Source: a virus. Taken from it: 64,000 nucleotides of DNA. Below are positions 38,982-50,020 of the stretch, piece after piece. Under the pieces are notes generated by a model. It saw only the letters and a list, made by a program, of their open reading frames with translations. It did no database searches and was not told the origin of the DNA. The translations under genes were made by a program, and so were the position numbers. How positions within the stretch are numbered: the first letter of the stretch is position 1; the number at the start of each line of letters is the position of its first letter. The stretch lies in IMG/VR virus record IMGVR_UViG_3300028027_000001. One strand, given 5' to 3'.

Positions 38982-39413
38982 GTCTTTTGAGTAAAACTTG
39001 GCAAGAATGTTAGTGTTTAGCCATTCGCTGGATTCCAATACACCATATATAAATTGATATTTGGTTTCGTAGTATGTGAGAAGTTTTTTGTTTGGTACGA
39101 GATGAATTATTTCGCGGGTGAATTCGTCGTGTTGTTTGTTTTTGATTGCGAGTTTGATGGAGTCTGCGGAACCATAATACGTTTTCCAATCCGATTCCTT
39201 GGTTATTTGTTTGGTGGTTTTAACACGACCTCGAGTTACAGGTTGTTCGGCTAGTTCCTTTTTTCCAAGTTTTTTGTTGGTTGTATGATATAGGGATTTT
39301 TTACCTAAATAACGTTTACCTGTGGGGGTATGGGTGGTGATATAGATGAACCCAAATATATTATCTGGCATATCTTCTATTGATTGGATTGGAGTATTAT
39401 TATATAACCACAT
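38973..39413 (-). CDS. GIY-YIG-like nuclease
   Basis: FGFIY.TT...GKRYLGKK, YYGS, YYE and WLN motifs. Confidence 0.75.
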   Translation of the reverse strand: MWLYNNTPIQSIEDMPDNIFGFIYITTHTPTGKRYLGKKSLYHTTNKKLGKKELAEQPVTRGRVKTTKQITKESDWKTYYGSADSIKLAIKNKQHDEFTREIIHLVPNKKLLTYYETKYQFIYGVLESSEWLNTNILAKFYSKDFA

Positions 39414-39791
39414 TTATTTAATTTTAGTTACACCCTCATTGTAGTCGATTGATTTTTCGACATGATTGGGGTCAATTTTATTTAGTATTGCCGCTATAAA
39501 TATCCCAAATTTGGTTAAAGTATGTTGATTTTTATTTTTACCTAACACAGAACTTATAGTTTCATCTATATTACCAAATTGATAACCATTACCGCATATG
39601 GATAAATCGTTCATTACATATTTGAGCAAACCGTTTCCATATTGATCTTTAGCCACGGCTAAATCAAAGTTCCATTTGTTCCATTCCTTCAACCCACCAA
39701 TTTTTAATGATTTTACCGTCCCATACATATAGGCAAAAGGAGCCACTAAGACCTTAAGTATAGTGGCTATTATTAATAATATTAGTCCCAT
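39414..39791 (-). CDS. Membrane-associated hypothetical protein
   Basis: Hydrophobic N-terminus; DQYGN and FGNIDETISSVLGK motifs. Confidence 0.65.
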   Translation of the reverse strand: MGLILLIIATILKVLVAPFAYMYGTVKSLKIGGLKEWNKWNFDLAVAKDQYGNGLLKYVMNDLSICGNGYQFGNIDETISSVLGKNKNQHTLTKFGIFIAAILNKIDPNHVEKSIDYNEGVTKIK

Positions 39792-39797
39792 AATATC

Positions 39798-40358
39798 TTA
39801 TGATTCTCCTGGGAGTATATATCCATTTGGTACATCCATAGGTAGTACTGATAATATATATTCGATGCTATCCATAATTCCTACTGGGGATTGGATTGGT
39901 GTTCTTGCTAAAGATAAAAACCAATTATTTGCTGCTAACCATTCAGGTTGTTTGATTTCTCCACCCACTGCTATAGTTCCTTCGGCAACAGCATCACCCT
40001 CATTATAATATTGGAATACTGGGTCGCCATTTTCATTAGTGGTTTCACTTCCTGGAATGGTTTCACCTCCAACTGCTAGTGTTCCTTGTGGGAGGGGTTC
40101 TCCAGTATTATAATATGAAGTTGGACGGTTTGGGACGATATATGATTTGTATCGACGAAGTTCGGGTACTTCTTGACCCAAAGCATTTTTGAATATTTCT
40201 ATATAGTTAACAACAATATTACTATCCATAGATAATGTACTGTCATCTGTAAAACGGAAATATGGAATAAATCCATTTTCCCCGTCATATTTGCGATACA
40301 TAACCATATTATTGTATGGTAAATATGATCCTATTTGTACTTCGTTAATTATTGGCAT
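39798..40358 (-). CDS. Hypothetical protein downstream of a fibre gene (possible assembly factor)
   Basis: Internal GT(L/I)AVGGE repeat. Confidence 0.55.
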   Translation of the reverse strand: MPIINEVQIGSYLPYNNMVMYRKYDGENGFIPYFRFTDDSTLSMDSNIVVNYIEIFKNALGQEVPELRRYKSYIVPNRPTSYYNTGEPLPQGTLAVGGETIPGSETTNENGDPVFQYYNEGDAVAEGTIAVGGEIKQPEWLAANNWFLSLARTPIQSPVGIMDSIEYILSVLPMDVPNGYILPGES

Positions 40359-40359
40359 T

Positions 40360-41832
40360 TTAATTAAAATTACTAGTTATTATCCATTGTGTTCCTGTAC
40401 TTCTTACGGTAATGCTTAATTTACCATTTAAATTATAAAAAGTAGCAGCATCTATTAATTGGGAAGATGTAGTCATTATTGTCACGGTTCCCCCAGATAC
40501 CATACTTTTTATAACATATGATTTAGTATTACCCACAGCCGTTGGGAGAGTAATATTGTAAGGACCACCCCCAGAAGCTACTATTATATCATCATTAAGT
40601 GTTATAGTATATGATGCAGTTATAGTTTTGATATTCTGGATTAATGATGTTACATTGTTCCACTTACCCCCAGAATAAAAATATAATTTACTATTGGTTG
40701 AATCTATTACTACAGGTAAGGAAAATGATTGAGAGGTGGGTGTACCTATAGGTGCTCCGGCAGTTGATGCTATGTACATAAAACCATCTGTAGAGGATAG
40801 TGGAAGTTGTGTGGGTCCCCCTTGCACTACAGAACCGTTTCCGGTGATTTGAAGTTTTCTATTTGAAGAAGTGTTACCGTTAGTGTGAAATGTTATAGAT
40901 TTGTTAGAATCAGTTCCTATAGAAAGTGCACCACCAGCAACGTAGATATACCCATCATTGGCTCCACCTATATTAAATGATGGATCATTATAGTTGGACC
41001 CATTAATACCCATATCTATATAGTAATTACTATCACTACCATTATTTGCTGTAGCTACTATATCAGTTGAAGCAAATGCACCATTACTTAAGTTTTGAGC
41101 GTTGGTTTGGGCATAATCATTTATATTGTGGTTAACAGATAAAGGGTTATTTGCTATTGCTGCTCCCGCTGGACCTATGGTTAATGATCCGCTCCTGTTA
41201 TTGCCTTTAGTATTATTAGTTTCCAACCAATTAAGATACCCAAAAGCACTAGTAGCAAATGATCCTGGGGTTTGTCCTCTAAATTGGATATCTCCTTGGG
41301 TTCCTTGTGCAGAACCATTGGAAGTGGGAGTATTAAGTGCATATGATGCTGTAACAGCATACGATGCGGATGGGGATGAGAATGATGATGTTATATTGGA
41401 TATATCGTCAAGAAATATAGGTTCATTGGGTTGAACAAATATATCTCCGGATGATGAATTTGTTGTAAGTACAGTACCTACTTTAATTGTTATAAATGGG
41501 GAAGTGGGTTTATTTTGTGTTAAAGAACCGGAAGTGGTTGAAGATACATATAAACTCCCACCAGGTGTATATGTGGTTGTATTTGTGTTTTTTAATAAAC
41601 CATATGTTATAACATATCCAAACTGTCCATTAGGTATATCATGGGCTACTAATCCTATAAATTTATTTGAATTAGTGGGGTTTGTTTTGGATTGGTCCGA
41701 TATAGATCTTACTACAGATACTTTATCGTCGTATTGTTGAGTTTCGGATATTCTTACTGCTTCTCCTCTTAATAATGGGGTGCCGGTATTGTTGGCAACA
41801 TAAATATATTGTTGTTGAAATGCGTAGCTCAT
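40360..41832 (-). CDS. Tail-fibre-like protein
   Basis: G/S/T/N-rich, SASYAVTASYA repeat, C-terminal ITLPTAVG...W.I module. Confidence 0.65.
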   Translation of the reverse strand: MSYAFQQQYIYVANNTGTPLLRGEAVRISETQQYDDKVSVVRSISDQSKTNPTNSNKFIGLVAHDIPNGQFGYVITYGLLKNTNTTTYTPGGSLYVSSTTSGSLTQNKPTSPFITIKVGTVLTTNSSSGDIFVQPNEPIFLDDISNITSSFSSPSASYAVTASYALNTPTSNGSAQGTQGDIQFRGQTPGSFATSAFGYLNWLETNNTKGNNRSGSLTIGPAGAAIANNPLSVNHNINDYAQTNAQNLSNGAFASTDIVATANNGSDSNYYIDMGINGSNYNDPSFNIGGANDGYIYVAGGALSIGTDSNKSITFHTNGNTSSNRKLQITGNGSVVQGGPTQLPLSSTDGFMYIASTAGAPIGTPTSQSFSLPVVIDSTNSKLYFYSGGKWNNVTSLIQNIKTITASYTITLNDDIIVASGGGPYNITLPTAVGNTKSYVIKSMVSGGTVTIMTTSSQLIDAATFYNLNGKLSITVRSTGTQWIITSNFN

Positions 41833-41855
41833 TAAATTTTATTTTATTATAAATA

Positions 41856-42806
41856 TTAATGCATGTCCAAATTTATAATTATGTTTGTATCCGTTATGCT
41901 AGAAACTGGTAATGGTTGGGATAGTTTAGCTACGGCTAATAGTTCTTTATTATTATTATATAAACCAACTGTGGTAATATATGGGTTAAAATATGAACCC
42001 GTGGCAAAATCTGAAACTATACCACTGTTTGAGCTACCTGAAATTATAGATGGGTTTTGGGAAAATGTAAATTCGTTTTGGCGAATAGTACATTTGTATT
42101 GGGTTTCATATAATGTGATGTGGCTTTGGAATGAGCATGTTACATTATCTGATAGGTAATCTGTTATGGTTGGTGTTGTTGGGGAACCATAACTAGTGCT
42201 ACCGTAGTTACCATTACCATATTCTCCGGATGTTGTTGGAGTATCTTTAGTTAGTATTACCATACCATGTTCATATATGATATCTCCTACTTTGTATCCA
42301 TCGTATGTAATATTTCCATTACCATCATCTTGTAATTCTCCACCGGGCCCAATTAATGAAAATGTATTAGGTTCAATATATTCCCCAAACATGTTGGATG
42401 GGATGGAAATTATTACTATTTCATCATTTATACCTTGTGGGAAATAACGTTCAGCTGGTAAAGTAGAACCCAAATAATTATAGTAACTTGGTGTATATCG
42501 CTCTCCAGTTATAGTACCATCAGTATTAAATGATGCAGTAGATAGTGGAGAACCATTAATTCCACTTAAATAATTTGAATAATATAATTCTTGTATAGAA
42601 CGATATAACAAATATTGGTCTTGTTGGTGGATATTTCCTGTTTGGTTGGAACCAGATACCCACAATGATGAAGTGATATTCTTGCCAAGATAACGATCTA
42701 TACCGGCATTATATAATGCTGCATCCCCACTGAATGTAAAGGTTTTGTTTACTTCAAATGGGGATACTACAACATCAGATGTTACGAATGGTTTAAATAC
42801 ACTCAT
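41856..42806 (-). CDS. Baseplate/tail protein
   Basis: C-terminal PYITTVGLYN..ELLAVAKLSQP, paralogous to 42814-43821. Confidence 0.65.
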   Translation of the reverse strand: MSVFKPFVTSDVVVSPFEVNKTFTFSGDAALYNAGIDRYLGKNITSSLWVSGSNQTGNIHQQDQYLLYRSIQELYYSNYLSGINGSPLSTASFNTDGTITGERYTPSYYNYLGSTLPAERYFPQGINDEIVIISIPSNMFGEYIEPNTFSLIGPGGELQDDGNGNITYDGYKVGDIIYEHGMVILTKDTPTTSGEYGNGNYGSTSYGSPTTPTITDYLSDNVTCSFQSHITLYETQYKCTIRQNEFTFSQNPSIISGSSNSGIVSDFATGSYFNPYITTVGLYNNNKELLAVAKLSQPLPVSSITDTNIIINLDMH

Positions 42807-42813
42807 ATAAAAA

Positions 42814-43821
42814 TCAAAAATCTAACTTAACTCGAAGAAGACACTCTTTCGTGAAGTCTTTTAATAATGGTTTTGATAATTTAGCTACAGCTACTAATTC
42901 ATTTGAATCATTATACATGCCTACTGTAGTGATATATACTTGAGGATGATTGATAAAATTATTGTAGATAACTTCTCCAGTTGAACCTGAAATGAAACTT
43001 GAATTTTCTGAGTAGTTGAATTCGCTATTTCTTGCTCTAATGAATACGTAATCTGAAGTGATTGTTTCTTCGGAGTTTAATGAGAATGAAGAGCCATTCT
43101 TAATAGCATTAAATAGTAATTGGTTGTTGTTCCCTTCTGAATTTGATGAGCGGTTTGGTTGGATGGATATTCCAAACTCTTCTACTAGCGCATGTGGGTT
43201 AAGTAAAATTGTTCCTAGATCCGGAAATACCAACCCATATGAACCCTTTGAAGTAGAATAACCACCATTGTTATCCCATGATGAACCATTAGAACCAGAT
43301 ATTAATTGGTATACTCGAGTAGAGCCCAAATATGTATTTACTAGGGTTTCTTGGGAGTTGTCTGTAAATTGTCTAGTATCACTTCCATCAGTTAATTGTA
43401 AATTCAATGAACCCGGGAATAAAGATTCTTTATAGCATGCTCTTTCTATGGAAAGTGCCCAAAAATGGTCACTTGAAGTAATGTTGGTACCAACACCAAA
43501 TGTAAATTGTGCTGTTTCGTCTTCCAATATCATTGAACGATATTGACCATACATTGTTTTAGATGGGGAGTTATCTGGTACTATGTTATTAAACCATGCA
43601 CTACCACTACCAAGAGCATCACAATATGTTATGTCAAATTGCACCGAGGAGGTTGCAGGAGTATCATATACACTTAAATAGTACTCTCCAGCAGCTGATG
43701 CTTTTTGGATAGATGATGTATAGAATGATGTTAATTTTGGGTTACCATTTGACCACAATGTAGAAGTGATCGAATCGCTACTTACAACGAAATCTTCAGG
43801 GTCAAGTCTTTTAAATGCCAT
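42814..43821 (-). CDS. Baseplate/tail protein
   Basis: C-terminal YITTVGMYN..ELVAVAKLSKP. Confidence 0.65.
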   Translation of the reverse strand: MAFKRLDPEDFVVSSDSITSTLWSNGNPKLTSFYTSSIQKASAAGEYYLSVYDTPATSSVQFDITYCDALGSGSAWFNNIVPDNSPSKTMYGQYRSMILEDETAQFTFGVGTNITSSDHFWALSIERACYKESLFPGSLNLQLTDGSDTRQFTDNSQETLVNTYLGSTRVYQLISGSNGSSWDNNGGYSTSKGSYGLVFPDLGTILLNPHALVEEFGISIQPNRSSNSEGNNNQLLFNAIKNGSSFSLNSEETITSDYVFIRARNSEFNYSENSSFISGSTGEVIYNNFINHPQVYITTVGMYNDSNELVAVAKLSKPLLKDFTKECLLRVKLDF

Positions 43822-43823
43822 GT

Positions 43824-44486
43824 TTATGCTGTTTTATTAATTGTAATTGGTATAGTTACACGAGCACCACTATCTAAACCTACAACAGTTAATGTACCTG
43901 CTAATTGTGTATTTGAGCCAAATAATGTGTTAACAGTTGTTGCTCGTAAATTGATTTGAGTACCTATTACAGTTTTAGATACATTTGTACCCAATGTTAC
44001 TGTTGCAGATGAATTTACTGCATTAGCTGCATCCGTGTTGATACCAACTCCACTATATGTATTCATTAATCTCACGTCTGAAATTGTAGCTGAATAACCA
44101 CTAGTTTCGTAAATTTGATTATTGCCTAAATAGTTTAATGTCTGTGGTGTAATTGATAGAGCAGAACCTTGTTGAAGTGCTATTGAAGCATATCCTAAAT
44201 CCAGTACTGGCATTTTAGCTGTTCCACGAGGTAGTGTAGCTAATTTGTATTTCATGATTTGGGTTTCAATTGGAAATGCTTCAAGTAATGGCATGTTTTC
44301 AATTGCTTCACCATAAAATGCAGAACCTGATGGGTGTGTTGGATTATATAATGTGTAATCGATTTCGTCGTCCGCTAAAGCAAATTGAGTGATGCGGAAT
44401 GAACCATCGTTCTTCGCCATCAATTCCCTACCTTTTTTGGTAAGTATCGCATCAACAGTAACAGAGGTGTTATTTAAATAGCCCAT
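43824..44486 (-). CDS. Baseplate/tail protein
   Basis: VDAILTKKGRE...ITQFALADDEIDY motif. Confidence 0.6.
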   Translation of the reverse strand: MGYLNNTSVTVDAILTKKGRELMAKNDGSFRITQFALADDEIDYTLYNPTHPSGSAFYGEAIENMPLLEAFPIETQIMKYKLATLPRGTAKMPVLDLGYASIALQQGSALSITPQTLNYLGNNQIYETSGYSATISDVRLMNTYSGVGINTDAANAVNSSATVTLGTNVSKTVIGTQINLRATTVNTLFGSNTQLAGTLTVVGLDSGARVTIPITINKTA

Positions 44487-44546
44487 GTATGTTAATATAA
44501 TTTAATTGTTTGTATAAAATTCCATATAATATATGAATAAATATTA

Positions 44547-47500
44547 TTAGAGCAAACCTTTCTGTGTAAGATCGACAATAAATGCGTCAATGTCTTTATC
44601 TAATTCGGGAACTACAAATTCAGGTTTAATAATATATGGTGCTGATGAATTATTTGGTCGGAAACCTTTAATAATAATTTGACTAGCATCATCTACATAT
44701 CGGGTTAATGAGTAGTGGTTAATGTTGATGTTAGTTAAATCTACATCGGGTGCGAAATTTATTTTTAACATTGTTGGATATTCTAATCGCTCTACAGAAT
44801 CTACAATATATGCTTTTTCTTGGTCTCCTTCAAATCTAAATATGTCTCCTCTATCTACATCCCACTCAGTAAGTATGGGGTTAAAACCTGAATTTTCTAT
44901 GTCTTTCATATACCATGTTGGGGTTGTTTGGTTGGTGTCATATGCACTCACCATAAATGATTGGGAGGTAAACATGGAATATGTGAATCCTGGGGATATT
45001 TCAGTGGATTGTTGCCATATATTTGAGGGAATGTTGGTTGTTGGTTGTGCTCCGGGGAGTGGATATTGGTTTATTGCCAGGTTTGATCCTCTAATTTCTG
45101 CAATTGTGTTTCCATTTTCTAAATGGAGACCCAGGGCTATTTTATCTCCACCATACTGAGCGATTAGTTGGGGGGTTAAGGTAAAGGAAACTTCAAAATT
45201 GTAATTATCCGTGGTATTGAAATTTCCCATAGCGTATCCTCTTTGTGCTAGAATACTACCTTGAGTTAAATTAACTATTGCTATATATCCAGTTCCTATC
45301 CCGTCATTGTCAGAAAAATTTAAAGTCATATAAGCGCCGATACTTATAACAACCCCATCAATTGCGGCTTGTGGATTGATAGTATAATAATTATAGAAAA
45401 GTTCATATGGGTTGGGGTAATCAAATCCTTGAACTAGATAATTATTAATAGTGATTGGGGAGGAATGGTTGGTAGTTGTATCATAAGGGGTTCCATTTTG
45501 GAAATACTGGTTTGGGAGATAGTTGGAGTAAATACCAGTATACCCATAATTACCCACAGCTGGTTGGACAAAATTTTGTAATTCAATACTACCAGACCAC
45601 TGAGGTGGTTTAGAACCTGATTGATTATATAATATTGGTTCAATTCTAGTAGCGCCACGAATTATTTCTCTATATGATTTGTTGTTGTCTGGGCCTATTG
45701 CTGTGGTTTGGTCTCCACTTTCATTACGAGAACTGACGTATACCCGCTCCCCAGTTATAAATGTGCCTTGGGAGTTTTGGAGTGAATTGGGAGTTGAATT
45801 AGGTATACTTACAGTCCCATCAGCGTTAATTAAATATTTAATATGAGCCCAAGATGCATCCATATATTCTGGTACCCATCCGGCCATACCATCACAATAT
45901 GCTACGGATGTTTTTAAATGATCTATAGATGGTGTTTTACCAAGAGTGCCTTCATTATATGGACTGTCAGTCCATTTATTAGTGCGTTCTGAAGTATTTT
46001 TAACACCGTTATATCTTGGGTTTTTATGGCGCACGGTAGTATAATTTGAATCTTGTACCGGTGCCTTATACGCTATGCTTCCAGTAATTAAATCAAAATT
46101 TATTGGGGTTTGTGTTCCTCCGGAATAGTCTACATCTTCGAATGTAGTGCTTAATCTAGCATCATCTATATTATTTAATAATGGGTTAAATTCACTATTA
46201 GCGAATGATGAAATGTCTCCTCCAGGGAATGGGGTTGATAACGATTGTGTAGTTACCACTATGTGGTTCCCAGGTAATTCACCATTGTAAAATTCAGATT
46301 GATCAACATATATTTTGTCAACCGAACCGGATAATGTTTGTACAACTTCAGTTTTGGATTGGGATGGGTATAGGGTTTGGTTTATTACTCCACCAGTGCC
46401 TGCATTCACATCGTATATTTTGTTTTCATCGTAATTATCCCATTGTGGTTTAACACTACCCGATAATTCAATGTTAGTATGTGTTAGTTGGGGTTGGGGA
46501 TATCGATTACGTTCAAGTAAATGTTGTTTAACCACAATACCAGATGCTAAACTAGTGCGAGCAGGGACAAAATCACGAATCATTTTGAATAATGAATTGT
46601 CAAAAAATTTGATCAATCGTATAAAATCGCCTAACTTGTAGTTGCTTAAATATTTGGTAAAATATTCGTTACGAAGGGTATCTAAATCAGGATATGATTG
46701 CAATGAGGATGATCTGAATGATGGGTCACCTATGTACTCACCTATGTTAAAGTATCCTAATTGGGAAATTATATCATCGTTTAATTCGTTTTGTGGGGAA
46801 AATGCTACCTCCAAATAATTGATATTTGGTGTGTAGCTAGAACTAGCGTTGGATTGTTGCGTTAAAGACATAAATGGTGATAACGTATCACCAGATGGAA
46901 GTACGTTGTTTTCCACGCGTATTTTATCAGATATCGCGTTTTTAATACCCACCACAGGTTGGTTAAAATAGAAATATTCTGTGTTTGATACAAAATGTGG
47001 TGTTACATCAAAATAAAATTCACTATGATTAGCAAATGAATGGGTTGTTTCCCACCCACCTATAACTTTAGGATGAATAGAAGATGTTAACATATATAAT
47101 TCACCACCAACAGGGGCTCTAAATGCCAATGTTTCTGGTGATTCGTTTAATGTGTTGCCCTCTATTGAATATGGGTTCATGGTGTAATTGTCAAACGCTT
47201 CATTGCTTACCACATTTGAATAGTATCTGATTTCTTGATATGAGCCTGAAAATGGTGAATAAGTACCAGCTAATGCACCTGTACCATCATAAATCCCAAC
47301 ATCGTAATGTATAATGTCATATCCCGTAGGGTCAGCAACAGTAAATGCTGCTGGGAAATAGGATATGTCGGATAGTGTCCAATTATGGCCTGCGGTTGTT
47401 GTAGTTGATGTTGAGGAAAAACCAATAGTGTCTGAATTATTTCCACCACCCAATAATTTATTTTGGGCATGTAATGTGAAATTATCACCATCACGAGTAA

Positions 47501-49664
47501 CCATAACAGACCACCATTCACCATCGAAAAATGGTAAAGTAACATTTGCTGTAGAAGTATTGTTATATGTGTCTGGGTATAGGGTTAATGTTGCATATTG
47601 GTATTGTGGGTCTATTATTGAACCATTATATGATTCTGTAGTATATGCTGTTCCATTATATGTTAAAGTAAGGGCTGATCCTCCATCTCCATACCACACA
47701 CTTTGGGAATATGGAATGTTATTATATGGAAGGTCTTCGGTTTTAAAACGAAACATAAGTGTGGATGGAACATTGTCTTCTGAATTCCAATCACTATTTA
47801 AATCCCAAGATGAAGATATGAAGTTACTACCACTAGTTGAGAATGCATAGTTGAATTCGTTTTGCCATTGATCCCAGTCGTTTGTGTTTACTTTATCTTT
47901 ACCACCATATTCGTTTATTCTTAATATAGTATCAGGGATACCATATGAAGTAATAAGTGCGCGCAATCCGGGTAGGGTTCCTTTTGATTTAAGCAGGTAT
48001 GGCAAATTATGATAAATGCGTTTATATAGCGATTTATTCACATCATCCAACGCCATATTGTCATTTGAAGCAGATATCAATGTATCAACATATTCAAACC
48101 CAGATGAAGCAGGGAATGATTCAGTAATGTTTGGGAATGGGAATAAACTACCATGAGGGGTTAAACCTAAAAACGCAGTATATAAATCTTCATTACTGAA
48201 ATTGTTTTGATATAATTTAACACCAAAATCTCGTATAGCATCCGCTACTAGGTCTTTTGATATACCTTGCTCTAAACGGTTATCTGAATTATATTTTTGT
48301 GTTACTTCATTGTAGTATATCCAGATATTGTCATAATGCTGACCAACCATGTTTACAAATAAATCATATGGTTGATTTGCTGGGTCTTCTCTTAAGTATT
48401 CTGGTATTGAGTAATATAAATTATCGGGGTTGTTAATGTCGTATAAGGATGCTGATAGGATTTCACCACCATATAAGTTGCTATATTCGTTAGTACTACC
48501 AAACCAGGTTTCAACTTCGGTACTGTTTAGTGGAAATAATTGGTATGGTTGAGTAGATGTTGATTTAGGCCACGCGTGTGAACCTGATGTATAGTATAAG
48601 AAATATTCATATCCATCGAAATGGGTAATTATATCGTCTATTTTATTGAAATATGTTGATTTGCTACTACTTATTTCTGTTTGTGAAGATGTTGTTGTAT
48701 CTAAAATAGATATAGCATCTTTATATTGTTCAATAAGATCTATTTTAGCATAGAAATTTTCTAAACGTGTTTTAGCTGAGCTAAAATGAATAAAATTATT
48801 AAAGTCTGTATAGTCAATATTTATGTCAATTTCTTTTTCTTCAAGTAAACTGTTCAATTGATTATGTGAACTAGTGATTGGGGATGAAATTAAATCAACA
48901 TATGATAATTCTATTGTAGAATTATTTACTTGATCTTTAACATTTAAATTAAAATTAGGACCTTTAACATTTACGATATCTGTAAAGATGATTGGTTCTT
49001 CTTCAAATAATACTTTATATGCTACTGGTTCTTCAATTACGGTATTAACCCACAATTGGGAGTTTACATCATATGAATCAGGAAGAGGTTCATATAATTT
49101 GATTAGTATAGTGGGGTTATTAGGGTCTTCATTGTCTAATAATATATTATTAGCTATAGCGAACTGATTATCTCCAAAATTTAAATGAAAATCCAAAAAA
49201 TATGAACTGGATTCGCGTTCATTAATGAAGTTAGTTGTTTTTTCAACTATATCTGTTTCAGTTAATATAGTACTATCTAATCGGATTTCAGTGCGGTCAG
49301 ATGAAAGTTCAGCTATATATAATAATTCAATAGGTGAACCAATTTTTTTATTGGTAAAATTATAGTATGTGATGAATTCTCCTTGAGTAAAACCAAGAGA
49401 TGAAAGATCATTTTCTGGGGAGAATGATATTTGTGATAAAGTATTATTACCAGATGATTGACCATCGTTTAATACTGAATAGTTTTGGAAGTTATATTCA
49501 GTGTGGAGGATATTTTTATTATTATCATATATAAAAAATTCAATACTGCTTGTACTAGACAACGATGTATTTACCTCAAATGATGGGATTAAATTAGTAT
49601 CTGTTATTTGATATGATTGGGCCGTAAAATCGGTTGCATCTATTTGGATTATTTCAGAAGCCAT
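44547..49664 (-). CDS. Large baseplate wedge protein (gp7-like)
   Basis: 1705 aa in the baseplate operon; LPYLLKSKGT..GLRALI..YGIP motif. Confidence 0.7.
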   Translation of the reverse strand: MASEIIQIDATDFTAQSYQITDTNLIPSFEVNTSLSSTSSIEFFIYDNNKNILHTEYNFQNYSVLNDGQSSGNNTLSQISFSPENDLSSLGFTQGEFITYYNFTNKKIGSPIELLYIAELSSDRTEIRLDSTILTETDIVEKTTNFINERESSSYFLDFHLNFGDNQFAIANNILLDNEDPNNPTILIKLYEPLPDSYDVNSQLWVNTVIEEPVAYKVLFEEEPIIFTDIVNVKGPNFNLNVKDQVNNSTIELSYVDLISSPITSSHNQLNSLLEEKEIDINIDYTDFNNFIHFSSAKTRLENFYAKIDLIEQYKDAISILDTTTSSQTEISSSKSTYFNKIDDIITHFDGYEYFLYYTSGSHAWPKSTSTQPYQLFPLNSTEVETWFGSTNEYSNLYGGEILSASLYDINNPDNLYYSIPEYLREDPANQPYDLFVNMVGQHYDNIWIYYNEVTQKYNSDNRLEQGISKDLVADAIRDFGVKLYQNNFSNEDLYTAFLGLTPHGSLFPFPNITESFPASSGFEYVDTLISASNDNMALDDVNKSLYKRIYHNLPYLLKSKGTLPGLRALITSYGIPDTILRINEYGGKDKVNTNDWDQWQNEFNYAFSTSGSNFISSSWDLNSDWNSEDNVPSTLMFRFKTEDLPYNNIPYSQSVWYGDGGSALTLTYNGTAYTTESYNGSIIDPQYQYATLTLYPDTYNNTSTANVTLPFFDGEWWSVMVTRDGDNFTLHAQNKLLGGGNNSDTIGFSSTSTTTTAGHNWTLSDISYFPAAFTVADPTGYDIIHYDVGIYDGTGALAGTYSPFSGSYQEIRYYSNVVSNEAFDNYTMNPYSIEGNTLNESPETLAFRAPVGGELYMLTSSIHPKVIGGWETTHSFANHSEFYFDVTPHFVSNTEYFYFNQPVVGIKNAISDKIRVENNVLPSGDTLSPFMSLTQQSNASSSYTPNINYLEVAFSPQNELNDDIISQLGYFNIGEYIGDPSFRSSSLQSYPDLDTLRNEYFTKYLSNYKLGDFIRLIKFFDNSLFKMIRDFVPARTSLASGIVVKQHLLERNRYPQPQLTHTNIELSGSVKPQWDNYDENKIYDVNAGTGGVINQTLYPSQSKTEVVQTLSGSVDKIYVDQSEFYNGELPGNHIVVTTQSLSTPFPGGDISSFANSEFNPLLNNIDDARLSTTFEDVDYSGGTQTPINFDLITGSIAYKAPVQDSNYTTVRHKNPRYNGVKNTSERTNKWTDSPYNEGTLGKTPSIDHLKTSVAYCDGMAGWVPEYMDASWAHIKYLINADGTVSIPNSTPNSLQNSQGTFITGERVYVSSRNESGDQTTAIGPDNNKSYREIIRGATRIEPILYNQSGSKPPQWSGSIELQNFVQPAVGNYGYTGIYSNYLPNQYFQNGTPYDTTTNHSSPITINNYLVQGFDYPNPYELFYNYYTINPQAAIDGVVISIGAYMTLNFSDNDGIGTGYIAIVNLTQGSILAQRGYAMGNFNTTDNYNFEVSFTLTPQLIAQYGGDKIALGLHLENGNTIAEIRGSNLAINQYPLPGAQPTTNIPSNIWQQSTEISPGFTYSMFTSQSFMVSAYDTNQTTPTWYMKDIENSGFNPILTEWDVDRGDIFRFEGDQEKAYIVDSVERLEYPTMLKINFAPDVDLTNININHYSLTRYVDDASQIIIKGFRPNNSSAPYIIKPEFVVPELDKDIDAFIVDLTQKGLL

Positions 49665-49675
49665 TAATAACTATA

Positions 49676-50020
49676 TTAGTTTATTTGTTGTTGTAACTCA
49701 GCTACTTGTTTTTGAGATTCAAGTAAATCTATTCTTAATTGTGCTATTTCTGCTTGTAATGCAATTATTTCATCTAAGTTTTGTTGATAATTTATATACC
49801 CACTACTAGTTTCAATTAAGTAAGTATGTGAATTATTACCATCTTCAGGAATTTCATAGAATAATTCATTATACATTTCAAAAAATTGTTCAACAGTGGG
49901 TTTGGCTTCAATTTGTTGTTGAATTGTTTTAACTCCTAACTGTTTAAATGAAGTATCAATTATTTTAGAATATTGCCCTTTATTGTAAACTTGCTTAGCA
50001 AATGTAACATTTTCACTCAT
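49676..50020 (-). CDS. Baseplate-region hypothetical protein
   Basis: 114 aa with a C-terminal coiled coil. Confidence 0.6.
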   Translation of the reverse strand: MSENVTFAKQVYNKGQYSKIIDTSFKQLGVKTIQQQIEAKPTVEQFFEMYNELFYEIPEDGNNSHTYLIETSSGYINYQQNLDEIIALQAEIAQLRIDLLESQKQVAELQQQIN